Assembly: GCA_028534125.1 (NCBI GenBank)
Contig: CM052816.1
Span: 6,016,001 to 6,080,000, forward strand
Direction of reading: 5' to 3'
From: Lama glama
Taxonomy: Eukaryota
Length of the DNA stretch: 64,000 bases
Shown here: positions 13,396-27,200 of the stretch, piece after piece
How positions within the stretch are numbered: position 1 is the stretch's first letter
Layout: each line of letters starts with the position of its first letter
Position numbers and translations under genes: made by a program
The notes under the pieces: generated by a model
What the model was told of the DNA's origin: nothing
Database searches by the model: none
What the model saw: only the letters and a program-made list of their open reading frames with translations

Positions 13396-15170
13396 CCCAT
13401 CCTGTAGAAGCTCTAGTATTACCTGAAAGGGCTCTAAGAAGCCATTGAGAAAGCATGTACAAGACTGGAACTTGCTGTAAAAAGTGAATGTGTCTTAAAA
13501 AACAGATGAAACTCTGTTTCTCTTCCTGCATCTGGTAGCCTTCCTTGAGGCCAACCAGTGATGATGTTGCTTACTGTGGTCCCCACCCACCCTTTGGCCA
13601 AAGGGAGAAGATTTTAATCAATTTTTAGGAGACTCAAAGCATAAGTGATTCTAACTGACTGTCATACTCCTAGTGTTAAATTTTGTTGCTTGCCTAACCT
13701 CTAGCCTCTCCTTTATTACTCCAAGAAAGACAAAATCATGCAGAAGGGGGAAAATAAAAAAAGAGGCTAAGAGCGGGGCATCTCCTTTGTGGAAAGGAAG
13801 CAGATGAAACATTAGGGTTGGAAGGAAACTCTGAGATCATGGAGTCTAACCCCTTCATCTTATAAATAAGCCAGGGTCACCTACCCTAGATCACCCAGTA
13901 GAGAGAGGCGATCAGGGAGGGACTTGAAACCCAAGTTGACTGATTGTTGAGTATTGTGTGTGTCCTGTCACAGTGAGACCTGACGTTCAGGCTCGTTTAA
14001 AGGTGTTCAAGTAACGGCTACAAAGACTACAGCTCACGGAAACACAAGAGAAGGGGCCTATGTTAGATTCATCTTTTAGGAAAGGCAGTTGGAGTCGCTG
14101 GAGGAGGTGATCTGCCCACTAGCCCATAGTTCATGTGGTAGTGTTTCCACTAAAGATTGCTGAGATGGCACACCTTCAGCATACAGACAAGGAAGGTCTC
14201 ACAGTTAGCCTGCATATTACCTGACAGGTGATGGTGGACAGACTCTTATGTGAGAATAAACCCAGGCAAGAGTTTGTATGAACTTATCCAATGTCCTTAA
14301 TGCAATCCCCTAAAGAAGACTTAACTCTCCCCTCCTCTCCTCCTCGCTTTGTATTTATCCCTCTCCTTCTCTGTGTATGCCTTCTGTGGGCCTCTCGGAT
14401 AAAGCATTCCATGACCTCCTCATGTCTGTTTCCACCCTCCTGCCATCCCATGTGATTGCTGGGTTAGATTCACATCCTCACTGACCCAATTCAATACCAC
14501 CTACTCTGAGCTGATCAACTGCTCCACCACCATTTCCATTCCTTAAGCCAAGTAGAAAGAGCATCTTGGCTCTCAAAGAATAGAACAGAGGGCAGGCGTG
14601 GCACATGGAAATCAGCCTCCTTGGGGAAAGTGAGGATGGTGACATGATGATGTCATTAATAGCAGCTCCCACTTGACATCGTATATGGCACACTGAGTTA
14701 AGTACTTAATGCATATTACACCAGTCAACCCTTACAACAACCCTACAGTGTTGTGGTAAGACGCACTTTACAGGTGAGACTCGCCTTGGTCTGCTGGCCT
14801 TCAAAGCCTTTGTCATTCACTCAGCTCCATGTGTGCCCCCAGCAAACCCTTGGGAAATGGTGTTAGTAGGTCTCCTTTATTTAACAAGTGCTAAGACTAA
14901 CTCAGGAAATTAAAGCACTAACCTAAGGACAGACATCTAGAAAGAGGTAGACCCAGGTCTCAAGCCAGATCACTTCCCCTCTACTTAACATTGCCAGTTT
15001 CTGCTTCCCATGATGCTCTTCACTCATTGAGGGTCAAAAATCCCCTCTCCCCCTTTTTCCCTACCCTTAAAATCATGCAAAAAGGCAATGATTCCTGCTT
15101 CTAATTTTTGAGATAAAGCTCTTGGGCAGGTCCAGTGATGCCATGAACTTCATGGACTATAGATCGCATC

Positions 15171-15330
15171 TATTTATTTATTTTATTGAAGTATAGTCAA
15201 TTACAATGTGTCAGTTTCTGGTGTACAGCACAATGTCCCAGCCATGCATATATATACATGTATTCATTTTCATATTTTTTTCATTAAAGGTTATTACAAG
15301 ATACTGAATATAGTTCCCTGTGCTATGCAG
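15171..15330 (-). mobile_element. Short L1 3' end (young camelid type)
   Basis: ttttattgaagtatagtcaattacaatgtgtcagtttctggtgtacagc...gttccctgtgctat; homologous to the copies at 32.8 kb and 54.1 kb. Confidence 0.9.
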
Positions 15331-17569
15331 ACACATTTAAAATGATATGGTTTTTAAAGGAAATTAAACTTGATTCTACAATACTGTCTTCTATTACTTT
15401 CATAGCAAAAGCATAGTATTTCAGCTACAATATGTCAACCTGACTTTGGTGGATTTACCTGGGAAACTAACCACTATTTTCCATTTATAAAATTTTCCAT
15501 GAAAAAACTAACCATGATCTGTGTATAACACTCCATGAAGTTAAACCAACAGTAAGACTTCAATTCATTGGAAACTATTTAGGCCATAAGACTTCTATCG
15601 ATGAGAGGGGTCTCTAGGGTCTCCTTCCTAACACAGGAAGGTACGACAGTTGGTGAGAACAAAGGGGCACTCTGACTCCATAGGGGTGGAATAGGTAAGA
15701 AGGAGTTCCACCAGGGCAAACGGTGTCTGTAAGCACCTAGCAATACCTGTCCTCACTCAGTGCCAAACGCAAGTGCCTGGTTTTGCCCTGGAAGCTACAT
15801 GTGAGGATGTACTTCTCCAATCTCAACTTGCCGGGGCCAGACCAAGAAACACCGTGATGGACTGACCCCTGCCAGCAACACCGCCTAGTCTCCCAGCCCG
15901 CACAGGTTCCCACGGCCAGGCCAGGGGTACTCCTAGAGGGATGGGCCCCCGGTCTGTCTGCCTGTCACCACCACAGGGCCGCCCTGGGATAGGAACAGTC
16001 CTGGGGTATCAGGATGTCCCACTACAGGGCGGAAGTGAGACATAAGAACAGGCAGAGCTGGGGACGCAGTGTCTGAAGGGCAGCCCTAGAGATTTCTATA
16101 CTGCCTCTGACCCTGGGTTTCTGCAAAAGCCCTTGGCAGGACAGGCACCTTGAGAGGCAGAAGCAGTTAAGATCTGTGGTCTAGCGTGTAGGTTCACCTG
16201 GATGTCAGACACTCAGGCGTTTGCCTCAAATCTCCCCAGTGTGGCCCAGGAAACTGTCTACCTCCATCACAGGTGTGCTTTCTCTCCCACGCTTGCTGAG
16301 CTGTGGCTATTGGTGAGTCTATGGTAATTGAGCAGGGTGCTGCAAGCCAAGGCTGGGAAGCCATGGAGGGAGAATGGACATAGAACACAGTTAACTTTCC
16401 CTCCAAACCATTTCACAGTAAACTGGCAGGGGATCCTTCTGCCACAGAGCACTCCCTCCTTCTGTGGGCCCCCAGCTCCTGACCCCACCTTGCCCACAAC
16501 AGAAATAGCCTCATTTGCACCCTGGAAACCTGACCAGTCCCTCCTGATTTGGCATCCCTGCACCGGCCTCCCGCAGGTCTCTTCTCGGATTCAGCCTCAG
16601 CCTCTCAAAACTCTGAAGCCAACTCTCCCAGGGGAAGTCCAAGTGGCAGCTAGGTGCTATGACTTCACCACAGGAAGCAGAAAGGCTTGGCCCAGGATTA
16701 GGCTCTGAAAATGAGAGCCTCAAGGGGACGGCTGGGGAAGTGCAGTCACCACCCAGGCACTGAGCAGCCAGAGGAAGAGCGATGCCTCCTTCCTTTCTGC
16801 CTTCAAAGACAGTGATGACAAGGAGACTAAGGCAAGCAGGTTGTTCAGGAGGGCGCGCTCATCTGGGCTCCACACCGGGCAGAGCCAGGGTCAGAGGCCT
16901 GAACTGTTTCCACCTCAGAACCCCAGGAGAATGTTCTGCCCCAGGGGTGGGGCACTCCTGCTCCAGTTCCCACATATTCCACTTGGATGTCCACCAAGGA
17001 GTGGCAGGGGCAGAAGCAGAAGGAAAAATCCAGAGCCGCAGCCTGGGCACGGGCCTCCAGGATGTCTGCCAGGTGTGAGGAGACAGGACGGCAGCTCCGG
17101 GTCCTTGGTCCTGTGCTCATGACCTGCAGGGAGACGGCTTCCCGGGATGGAGAAGGAGCGATGCTGCAGAGCCGCACGGTGTCCTTGACTCTTCCTCACT
17201 CAGAGATTCAGGGGTAAAATTATAGCACTTTCTGGCCTCTACCCCAAGTACAGTTCTGCACAGTCTTTTCAGGGAGAGCTAGAAGCAATCCCTGAACAGA
17301 AAGCCGGAACCAGAAGAAGCGGATACGACAGGGGCAGGGGCTTTGAAATAAAAAATAGGGAGGTCCCAGGAGGAATGGGCGGCCTCCTGATTTCCACTGG
17401 GGCATCTGGGGTAGCAGTAGTGAGTGTAACCGGACTTATTTCTCAAGGACCCTTTGATCACTATGAAGATGGCCCAGAATTCAGCCTAAAACAGTAGGTA
17501 TGAAAGCCAAGCTTGCCAAAAGGTAACCCAAGTGATTATTAACTGCACATTCGCCCCAATGGTATTTAG

Positions 17570-17770
17570 AACATGAGCTCTGTGCTCAGAAAGCCTGGGT
17601 TTGTGGCTAGTGCCAAGGCTTATTAGCATGAGACCTTAGTCAATGTACTTTAGCTTCCTGAGCCTCCATTTTCCTATCCGTAAAATGGGGATAATAATAC
17701 CTAAGAGAGGTGGTGTGAGGATTAAATGAGATGCTGCATGCATAGTACCTGGCACAATGCTTCATAAACT
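17570..17770 (+). mobile_element. MIR SINE
   Basis: gagaccttagtcaatgtac...gagcctccattttcctatccgtaaaatggggataataatacc...gtgaggattaaatgagat. Confidence 0.85.
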
Positions 17771-18303
17771 GTTGACCTTCAATTTGTGTTCATGGTTAGC
17801 TATGATTTCTTGGCATCTTATTCGGGCCAGCACTGAGATGGATGCATTGTTGAGAAAGGTCATTTCTAGCCTGTTTTCTCTATTGTAATAGTAATAATCT
17901 CATAGTAAATATTCAGGTGTTAGCAATTATTATCAATGCCTCAAATCCTCATAGCCTCTTCCTTCTCCTGACCTTACACTCTCCATTCTTGCCTCTTACT
18001 GTGTTTCACCATCCACTTCCATGCGAGTTTCTGAGAAGGAAATATTTAAGCTGCTCTCCCTTTCCCAGGGTGTACCATCTCCACTTGCAGTAAATAGCTT
18101 TGTTTTTCTGAGCTTGAATTCTTGCCTCGACTCTAACCTAGCTTTTAGCCAATGTAGAGCTCAGCCTCCAGGAATTCAATCCCAGCTTTGGTACTGATCA
18201 CAAGGTGGGGATTCAAGGAGTGACCAGCAGTTCCTTATAGCTTGAAACTCAGATGTGTGCCTATGGGGGTGTTAGACCTGTGGGTGAGGGTTACGGTTTA
18301 GAG

Positions 18304-18543
18304 CAGTGGTTCACTGGTCGGGAGCCAGGGTAGTGGAGGATCTGGGAGGGCTTTGCCCCCTGGGGAGCATTTGGCAATGTCTAGAGACATTCCTGATTAT
18401 CACTGCTTGGGGAGAGGGCTTGCTGCTGGCACCCAGGGGTAGAAAACAAGGATGCTGTTCAACATTCTGTAATGCACAGAACAGCTTCCCACAAAGAATT
18501 ATCTGGCCCAAAATGTCAATAGTGCTGAGGCTGAGAGCCTCTG
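18304..18543 (+). mobile_element. MER20-like hAT MITE with 8-bp TSD
   Basis: CAG...CTG termini; internal ggcaatgtctagagacatt and tggcccaaaatgtcaatagtgctgagg; flanked by gtttagag (18296-18303) and gtctagag (18544-18551). Confidence 0.88.
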
Positions 18544-20989
18544 GTCTAGAGGGAGATGCTCTGAAAAGACAGGCTGAGGACAGATTATTGAAGACCAGTC
18601 TAAATGGGGTGATTGAAGGCTTTTGAGCAGGAAAGGTGACATATTCCATGCTGTGCTTTAGAGAGATATCCAGGAGACCTAAGCAGGAGCCCATTAGGAA
18701 GTCATTGCAATTAGAATTAACTAGGTGAGTTCCAGAATTAGGCCCCAGAGGAGAATGTATAAAGGAAGTGTTAAGTGAGAATTTAGTCTTTATACAACTG
18801 CTCTACCACTCATTGCTTCTTATTCCCCCAAATCTGTATTTGTATTGTGATTAGATAAATACCATCAATTCCTAAACCAAGTAGGATGTTATGAATACAC
18901 CTTCTTACATGTACAGTTTTTTTATTTTTCAAGTTTAATAAATTTCTTGCTTTTCTCTTTATTTAATTACATTGTGGAGGAAAAAATATAAAACAACTTC
19001 AGGCTAGCAGTTATGTTAGGGAGGGGTAAGGGAATCAGATGGCATAGGGTTGTTTCAGCAATACTTGTAATATTTTTGGAGGAAAAAAACTTGACTGTGG
19101 TACAGCAGAAATGTTTATTGCAATATTTTCTGAATTTTATGTGGTTGAGATGTTTCATATTAATTTTTTTATACAAAGAAAGGAGCTGTTATATTAGACT
19201 TTAACAAGGTAGAATTAGCAAACATTTTCAGTTAATGAATGTAAAGTTAGAAAAAGAAAAGTGAAAAATTATATGTTAGTGTTTAGAGCCAAATACATTA
19301 GAAGTATGGGAATGATAACCAAGGCAAGAATTGTAGAAAGTAGAAAAGGCTGTGAGTGTGTGTGGGTGTGTGCATGTGTGTGCATGTTGTGTGTGGGGGG
19401 GTGGGCCAAGAAAGATGAGTAAGCCTTTAGATATGCTAAGCTCGGTTTCTTGCAGTACCTCCTTGTGGAGATTTGGCCACAATCAAGCTAGATCAGGAAT
19501 TCAGGATGAAAAGTCAGGGTGAACCTTGGGGTCTGAGTAGCACCTACTTGGGGAGGGGTGGAGCTGTAGGAGCTGCCAGGGTTTCCAGGAGAGGATGTAG
19601 CCCGAAGAGAGACAAAGTCTACAGATGAAACCTTGGAAACTACCAATATTCTCGGAGCTAAGGGAGAAAAGGAAATGTTAAAGGAAGCTAGGGAGAGATT
19701 CCAGGAGCTAGAAGAGTATAAGACGATTATGTTGTCATGGAAACCAAGGAAGAGAGGATTTCTGAGAAGGAAAAGGTGGACAATGGTGTTAAAGGTTGTG
19801 GAGAAGGAAGAGGGTTGGGCTGAGGGGGAGTCACTGGATTTGATGACAAGGAGTGCAATGAGAAGTCTTCTGAAAGCGATTTCAGTAGAGCAAGAGACTC
19901 TCATTTATTCCTTCAAATCTATCTACTGAGTACATACTATGTCATGATGCGTATGAGTATCTGAGGAAATGAGCTAAAAACAGGGTTCCCTGCCCTCCAG
20001 GAGCTCACAGTCTGGTGCTTAAATGCACAAACCAATAACATGTAATGTGGAACTCATCATTTGTCCAATAGAAGCATGCACGGGATGTGATGGGATCACA
20101 TCAGCAAAGACTTCCTAGAGGAGGTGACAACCAAACTGAATTTTAAAGGATGAAGGATGAATAGGAGTCAGCCATTTGAATCGAGGATGACGGTTGGTAA
20201 AAAGGGGACAATTTTCCAGATAGAACGTTCAGCCTGAGCAGTCATAGTGCCAAGAGAAATCATGGTGAGTCTTCAAGGAGCCAGAGTATTCAGAATGGTT
20301 GTAGCAGCAAAGGATGAGCCCCGGTGAGCCGTGCAGGGACCAGACCAGGAAGGTACAATGTAGCATGTGGACTTGATCCTGAAATTGAGCAGGGACATCT
20401 AGAGTGACCTTTAAAGGACTGCCCCCAACCTATTCAAGTTTACATTTGAACACGGTTGCTTAGGGCAGCCCCCCCCCCATAGCTTCAAATCATGGTCTCC
20501 AGTATTTAGCAAATATTCAGAAATATTTGTTGAATTAATGACAATATGTAAAATCAATGAATCTCAATCATTCATTCAAGAAAGTGAACTTATGAAATAG
20601 CAGTGTAGAGCCAGAACAGGGAGCAAGTAGGATAGTGAGAATTTTTGTCTATTTCCCCTATTTCAAAAAATAGCCACATTTCAAGTTTACATGAATACAT
20701 ACTCCTCATAGCAAATGTTACCACACAAGTCTAAGGAAGTTCAAGTTACCTAAAAGCTTTCCCCCCGAGACCACCACCATCAATGCTTCTGTGACCATTT
20801 TGTTTCTGCTTCACTTTATACGTCGTCGTGGATATCCACACATCTACATTTGTGTGAATGAGATCAAAACTTGTGTGTTGTACCGTGGATACACTTTGCT
20901 TCGCTTTCCTTGGAGTGGAATGGGGAAATACTGAACACGTTCATCAACTGACATGAGTGTCAAATGGAGGAGGACAAATGAAAGCTTTA

Positions 20990-21530
20990 AGACAACAGAC
21001 ATGGAGACATACTCAGCAAAATCTAGAACATGGAAATGTCTTTAGAACAAATTACCAGTTTCTTCAATGACTACATTTCAAGGGAAGCAAAAAAGATGGA
21101 AATAAAAACCTATAGCTCACATAGCAACAAAATACAACATTTGGACCCCGTTGGGGTAGTGAATTAAATAAACAACGAAAAAGAATTTTAGAATCACATG
21201 GATATTTGAACTCTGATAGGATATTTGTGTATAGATAGATAGATAAACTACTGTTGATATTTTATATGTGATAATGGTGTTGTGGTATTTTGATAGGAGT
21301 CCTTTATAAGTGTACTGAAATGTACTGTATATGGATGAAATAATTGTATCTGGGATTTGCTTCAAAATAATCCAGTAAGGGTGTGTTTTTGGGGTGTGCT
21401 GATGAGACAAAAATCAACCATGAATCATGATTGTTGTAATTAGATGATAGGTAGATGGAGGTTCATTGAACTGTTCTCCCTACATTTGTTTATGTTTAAA
21501 TTTTTTCATCATAAAAGTTAAAGAAAAAAG
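20990..21530 (+). mobile_element. Ancient L1 (L1ME/L1MC-type) 3' end
   Basis: tctgggatttgcttcaaaataatccag...ggaggttcattgaactgttctccctacatttgtttatgtttaaattttttcatcataaaa, then an A-rich tail. Confidence 0.75.
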
Positions 21531-22184
21531 AAAAAAAAGAGAAAAGAAAGGAAAAAGAATGAAGAGAAAAAAGAGTCTCAGTAGGAAAAACAGAGATAAA
21601 GAGAGAGAGTCCTTGACTGTGGGGCTGACGAGGAGATGTGCAGCGGGTTTCCGCTTCAGAGAATGGGGATAAAACCTCCTCGGAGACAGGACAGAGGGTG
21701 GACTCTGGGAACTGGAGACAGAGGAGAAGTGGAGGGATCTGGTCTCTCCTGGCTCAGCTGAAGGCTAGGAAGTTCTGTCTGGGAGCTTAAGCAGAGCGGG
21801 CTCAGAGGACCCACTGTAGGGTAAGCAATTAGGCTACCAATTAGGGCCTGGAGGAGAGGGTTGTGGAACAGCACCGGGGGCACCTGCTGAGAGGAGGGAG
21901 CCTGGATTAGACATCGATCTGTGCAGTGCGGTTCGGACTTGAGCACCAAGCCCTAAAGTCAGCAAAGGAAAGTAGAGAAAATAGATTTTCCCAATCTTGT
22001 TTATCCTGATGGCTTTCTCCCTTTCCTCAGTGTCCCAGGATTTAGTCTTAACTGTGCAATTTATTACTAGCGTCTACACTGCTTGTCAAGAAATAGCTGC
22101 AGTTCACTGAATCTGTACCAGGCATTGTGCTAAGTGCATTTTGGCCTTAACTCTGAATCCTCACAGTCACATGAGGGTATCACC

Positions 22185-22830
22185 TTCATTCATTCAAGAA
22201 TAAACTGAAGACCTACTGTGCGCCAGGCCTTGGGTATATTGAGTGTGCTGCCGTAAATAAGACAATTATGAATTTCTGGCTTCATAGAGCTTGCCAACTA
22301 AAGGGTGTAGCAGATTAAAAAATGAAGAACAGAAAAGTGTGTATTTAATGATATTTGTGATAATTGCTGCAAAAGTAAAATAGAAAGTTCTAGGAGAATG
22401 CACAACAAGGAAACGTAAGCTCAGAGACTATTCCCTTGTGAAAATAACATTGAAACAGAGACTTGAAACATAAAGAGTGGTGAGCTGGTGTGTAGAGGCT
22501 GAGGGGAATGAAGGGCATTCTAGACAGAGAAGGGGAAAGACCAGATGTCTCAAAAGCCCTGAGGCAAGACTGATGAGTGTCGGGGCCAGTTGAGACACTA
22601 TTTGTAGTCTTATTTAGGCTGTGGGACTTCAGTCCAAGGGCAAGGGAAGGCCGAGGAGAAAAGTAACATTATCATATTTATGGTGGACAGTAATCCAAGA
22701 GAGAGGGGAAAGAGTGGGCGGAGTCTAAAGATATTCAGGATGCAAATTCAACCAATAGGAATTGGTGTTTGCAAATTGAGGGTGTAAGAAAAAGAGAGAG
22801 GAGTGTTGAGAATGATGCCCAAGTCTGGCG
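22185..22830 (-). mobile_element. L2 LINE fragment
   Basis: Starts with ttcattcattcaa (reverse L2 tail), then acctactgtgcgccagg...gagaatgatgcccaagt. Confidence 0.7.
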
Positions 22831-23779
22831 TGAGAGACAAGAGGGTCAAGCAGTAACATCTCAGGTTGAAGGTCGTGCAGGTAGCTCGTCAGTGAGAGTG
22901 GAGATTGGGAAGCCCAGAATGGTAAGCAGTTTACATTTACTGGCCATCAGTGCACACTTGTGGAATGCTTATGGAAACAGCACGCCACAGTTTTCACTGA
23001 ACCTTATTTTTTCTTCGAGGAAATAATAACAGCCAAGGTCTTTTGAGGTGATCAATTTGAGACTCAGAAGTGACAGCATGCTGTGTTGAATGGATGGCAC
23101 TCACTTGTTTTTCCCTGTTGAGATGGGCCTGCGGCAAATGAGTCATGGTTCATTTGAAGACAACCACTTCCACGCACGGGGAAGAGGCGGCCTGGCGTGG
23201 TGATGTGGCTGGAGTTCAAGAACCCCAGTTTGAATCCTGACTCTTCTGTCAATCAGCTTATCTGCCAAGATAAGATACAGGGTGTGGAGAGGAACCAAAG
23301 ATTTAGCTACGTAAAAAGCTAACGAAGAGCCAAGGCTCAAGTGAGGGTGGCCTGGATTTTGAAGTTGGTCAGCGCAGACAGCCAACTGAAGAGACAAACC
23401 AGGGATAAACATTCAGCTGAATTTTCAGTCTGCCTTACTATAAGCCACAAACCGAAAAGACTGGAAATTTCTAGAGTGTTAAATCCATGCTACAGATTAC
23501 TCTCTTGTTACTTCAGCCCTCATGTTCTGCTGCCTCATGGGCTGAAAGGGACACAGGAGACCATCCAGTCCACGCCACTCATTCTACAGACAAGAAAATA
23601 CACATCTGCAGAGTGGAGGCGATTTGCCCAAGGACACATAGCAAGTCAACAACGGAACAGGAACTAAATTCCTAGTGTCCGAGACTCGTCAGGCAGTGTT
23701 CTTTCTGTTAGGACAACGTATCCTTTCTGGTATACAGTCTGCCTGGTGCACCCAAAGTAATAGTAATGTTCCTGAAAAT

Positions 23780-25500
23780 AATTTATTCGTGCAACAAATA
23801 TACATTGAGAATCCAGTTTCTGCCAGATACTTTTAGCTACTGGAGGAGCAATAATAAACAAAATAGACAAATGTTCCTGACTTCATGAAGCTTATATCCT
23901 AGTAGACGAGTCAATAAACACGATAAATATGGAAATAGTCAAGAGTGTGTTAAATAGTATTTGCAAAAAGGCTGGACCTGGGGAATGAGAGAGTCAAGGA
24001 TTATACTAAGGCAACTGGAGGGATGGAATCGCCATTAATAAAGCATGTTTTTGGGGGGTGGGATGGGGAGAACTTCACCAGCTCGTTTTTAGACATATGT
24101 TTAATTTAAAATGCCTGTGAAACATTCAGGTGGAGATGTCAAGTAGGAAGTTAACTATGTGAATTTGGAGTTTATGGGAGCAATCCAGGCTGGGGATATG
24201 CACTTGGATGGTACTTAAAGCAAGGAGACTGGATGAGATCAACCAGGGAGTGAGCATGGATGTAAAAGAGAAGCAGTACAGGGACTGAGCCCTGGAGCAT
24301 TTCAACACTCAGGTGTCAGGGAGATGCAGATGATCCAGCAAAAGAGGCAAAAAAAGCATCCAGAAGGGTGAGCGAAAGCCAGGTGAGTGTGGCATCCTGG
24401 AAACCAAGTGATCGAAGTACTTCGAAGGAGAACAGAACGGACCTCTGTGTCAGATGCTGCTGGTGGGGAAAAGTACAATTAGGACTGAGACACGTCTCCT
24501 GGATCGATGCAGAGGTCATTCTTCACCTTAATGGGAAGAGGTTTTGCAAAATGGTTGAGAAGAAAGAAACATGATGTGTGTGGGTTGAACAGAGGAGGAA
24601 GGGAGAGAAATTGAAGACTGAGCTGAGACACGTCGTTCAGGAAATGCTACTATAAGGAGAGCTAAAGAAAGGCTGCTGTTGGCAAAGGGGAAGACGGGGA
24701 CAGTGACAGCGGTCTGTATGCTGATGGATCCCCCAGAGAGGGGAAGAGCGGTGCAGGAGAGAAAGGAAGGGCTTGCTGGAATGTGAGAGGACCATGATGT
24801 TCTTTTCTGAATGCCTCATTTTTGTCAAGCCAGGTCAGAAGCTGTGAGAGAAGATGGAGAAGGTGCTGGGGGTTTGAGAAGAAACGAGAACATGTGAAAT
24901 AATTATCGGGGAGAGTGGGAAGGAAAATGGACCGGAGGAAATGTAGTATAATTGCAGCACTGAGATCTTACTTAGTCATCACAGGCTTAAAGAGCAATCA
25001 GCACTTGTGGTGGGAGTTTATTTTGTGGCCTTTCTTGTACAAGTTGTGTCCCTGAGTATGTGAAGGGTTAAATTTAACTGGGATTGTAGTTTAAGAAAGC
25101 CAATACGATGAATGGATATGTATTGGGAGTTCAGAACCTAGGGAGGGGAATTAAGATTTGTCAGAAGAGAATGATTATAATGACTGATCATGTAATTTAA
25201 GCTGGATAAGGAGGTGAGTGAAGCCAAAGGTACAGGGCTCAGGACAGTATAAAGTTGATGGGACCAATGGATTGAACATACAGGTGGAATCAAAGACTGT
25301 TGGAGACATAAAGCCCAGGAAATGAGCTAGAAATTTAGGAGGTGGGAGACAGAATTGGAATTGAGATTCTGGTGGATTTGAAATGAAAAGAGCTGATGAG
25401 GTCTAGGCTTTGACCATGAGAGTGAGTAGATGAGGAAGGATTGGATTCTTAGAAGAGAGGAAGTTAAGACACTGGGAACCAAAGTGCTGGAAGGAGAGCT
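23780..25500 (-). mobile_element. L2 LINE fragments
   Basis: caacaaatatacattgag..., ggtggagatgtcaagtaggaagtt...gagactggatgagatcaaccagggagtgag...ggactgagccctgg..., L2-like; boundaries approximate. Confidence 0.7.
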
Positions 25501-25664
25501 TCTGCCCCTGACTGGGCATTATTCAGAACTGGAGATCCTGGGATGCTGGAATTAGAGTGACATTCCTTACCACGCACAATGCATCCATTCCATAGCAAGG
25601 ACCACTCACTGCTTTCTTCTTTTTTTTTTTTTTATTGAAGTACTTATTTATTCCGGGCTGGAGC

Positions 25665-26060
25665 AGATGTAACTATTGCTTACTGATACCCATTTCACCT
25701 CTATTTCTGGTAGAATAGAATACACACACACACACGTGTAATTTGTCTTCTTGATTTTAGGCATGGCCATATGAATAGCTTTGGCTAATGAAGAGCAGAT
25801 GGGCATGACATAGGTCCCTAGAAGGGAGCATTTTTTTTGCCAGAGTTTGATCTGTCAGTCTTCTGTGTCCCTGCCATGTTGAGCTTGGAAACATGTGTTG
25901 ACACTGGAGTAGTCCTCATGTACCTGACCATGACATGGAGACCTGCTGCCTTGGAGACCAGCACCACTTGCAGTGGACTTGGTGTGAGCAAGAAATAAAC
26001 CGCTGTTGGGATCAGGCTGTCGCTTCCCCACGTAGCGTAGCCTAGCCTAGCCTAATACAG
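25665..26060 (+). mobile_element. MaLR (MLT1-type) solo LTR
   Basis: tttggctaatgaa..., gtgtgagcaagaaataaacc..., and an end cctagcctaataca typical of MLT1. Confidence 0.7.
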
Positions 26061-26334
26061 CTGACTTTTGCATCACCCTGTACCTAGCCCTGTGCCCGTT
26101 GTTGAGGACACAGAGATGAATAAAGCACCTTCGTTGCCCTCAGGTGGAGGGGGTGAGGGACAAGGGGGAAGAGAAGAGATCTCACCGCAGGGGCCATGAA
26201 GAAGAGAGCAGCTGCAGAAGGGGTGCAGGGAAGGCTTTGGAGACAGGCTTTGGCGGCACACGTTTTCTTGCTTTGCCTGGACGTTTGGGGCCATCTGCAA
26301 TTAGGACTTGTTTTCACTTCTCTGACTCTGTTTG

Positions 26335-27200
26335 AGTTCCTGGGTGCCGTTCAACAAATATGTATTGAGTGTCAGGAACCATGCCAAAAGTTAAATCCAG
26401 CAGTAAATGAAACAGACAATCTCTGTCCTCGTGGGATTAACAGTTTAGTGGGAAAGGATGTTAAATAATTAATTTACAACTGGAGTGAGTGTTCTGAAGG
26501 AGCAGTGTACATCAGGAAAGCTAACCTAGATTCACCCAGGAAATGAGCAGCAGATGTTGAGGGGACATATTTTAGTCGCTGGGTACCGTTAGTCATTGAA
26601 TAGCTTATTCAAATAGCCTTATATGAGAGGGAACTTGGCCTGCTCAGGACACTGAAGGTGATGTGTATGGCTGACACGGAGACACAGTGACACAGAGAGT
26701 GAGTGGCAGGAAGTGAGGCTGAGAGGTAAGTGTGGGCAAGGGCCAGTCACTGAAGGCTTGAGAAGCTAAATGGTTTGGATCTTGAGTCTAAAGACAACGG
26801 GAAACATTCTAAAGTCCTATTCCTTGAGAGTGATACTCCCAAATTTTCATTTGTAAGATCGCTTTCGCAATAGACTCCAGAATGGATTTCAAAGAGTAAA
26901 TGTATATATAGTTAGAAATACAAGGAAACCTGTATAACTGGCAGATTAGAGAAGGTGGCAGTTGAAGGATGGCTCGGAAGGGGGCTGAATAGCAGTGGAC
27001 AGCTACAAAATATATTTTGAAAGCAAAATTCAAGTTAACATGTGATGACAGTTGGCACAAGAGGTGAACGAGAGGGAAGATTCAAGGATAATTCCAGTTA
27101 TCTGAACAGCTAAAGGGGACAGTAGTGCCATTGCCAATAAAGGAAGGCAATTCTAGGTGGGTGCAGAAGAAGGACTTTTCAATTTGAGGCTTGAAAAGTC
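26335..27200 (-). mobile_element. L2 LINE fragment
   Basis: ttcaacaaatatgtattgagtg...cagtaaatgaaacagacaa...aaatatattttgaaag...ttcaaggataattccag. Confidence 0.7.

Noticed and set aside
25612..25642. Poly(T) plus ttattgaagtac, a possible ultra-short L1 insertion
   Set aside because: Only ~12 diagnostic bases and no convincing TSD, too little to call.
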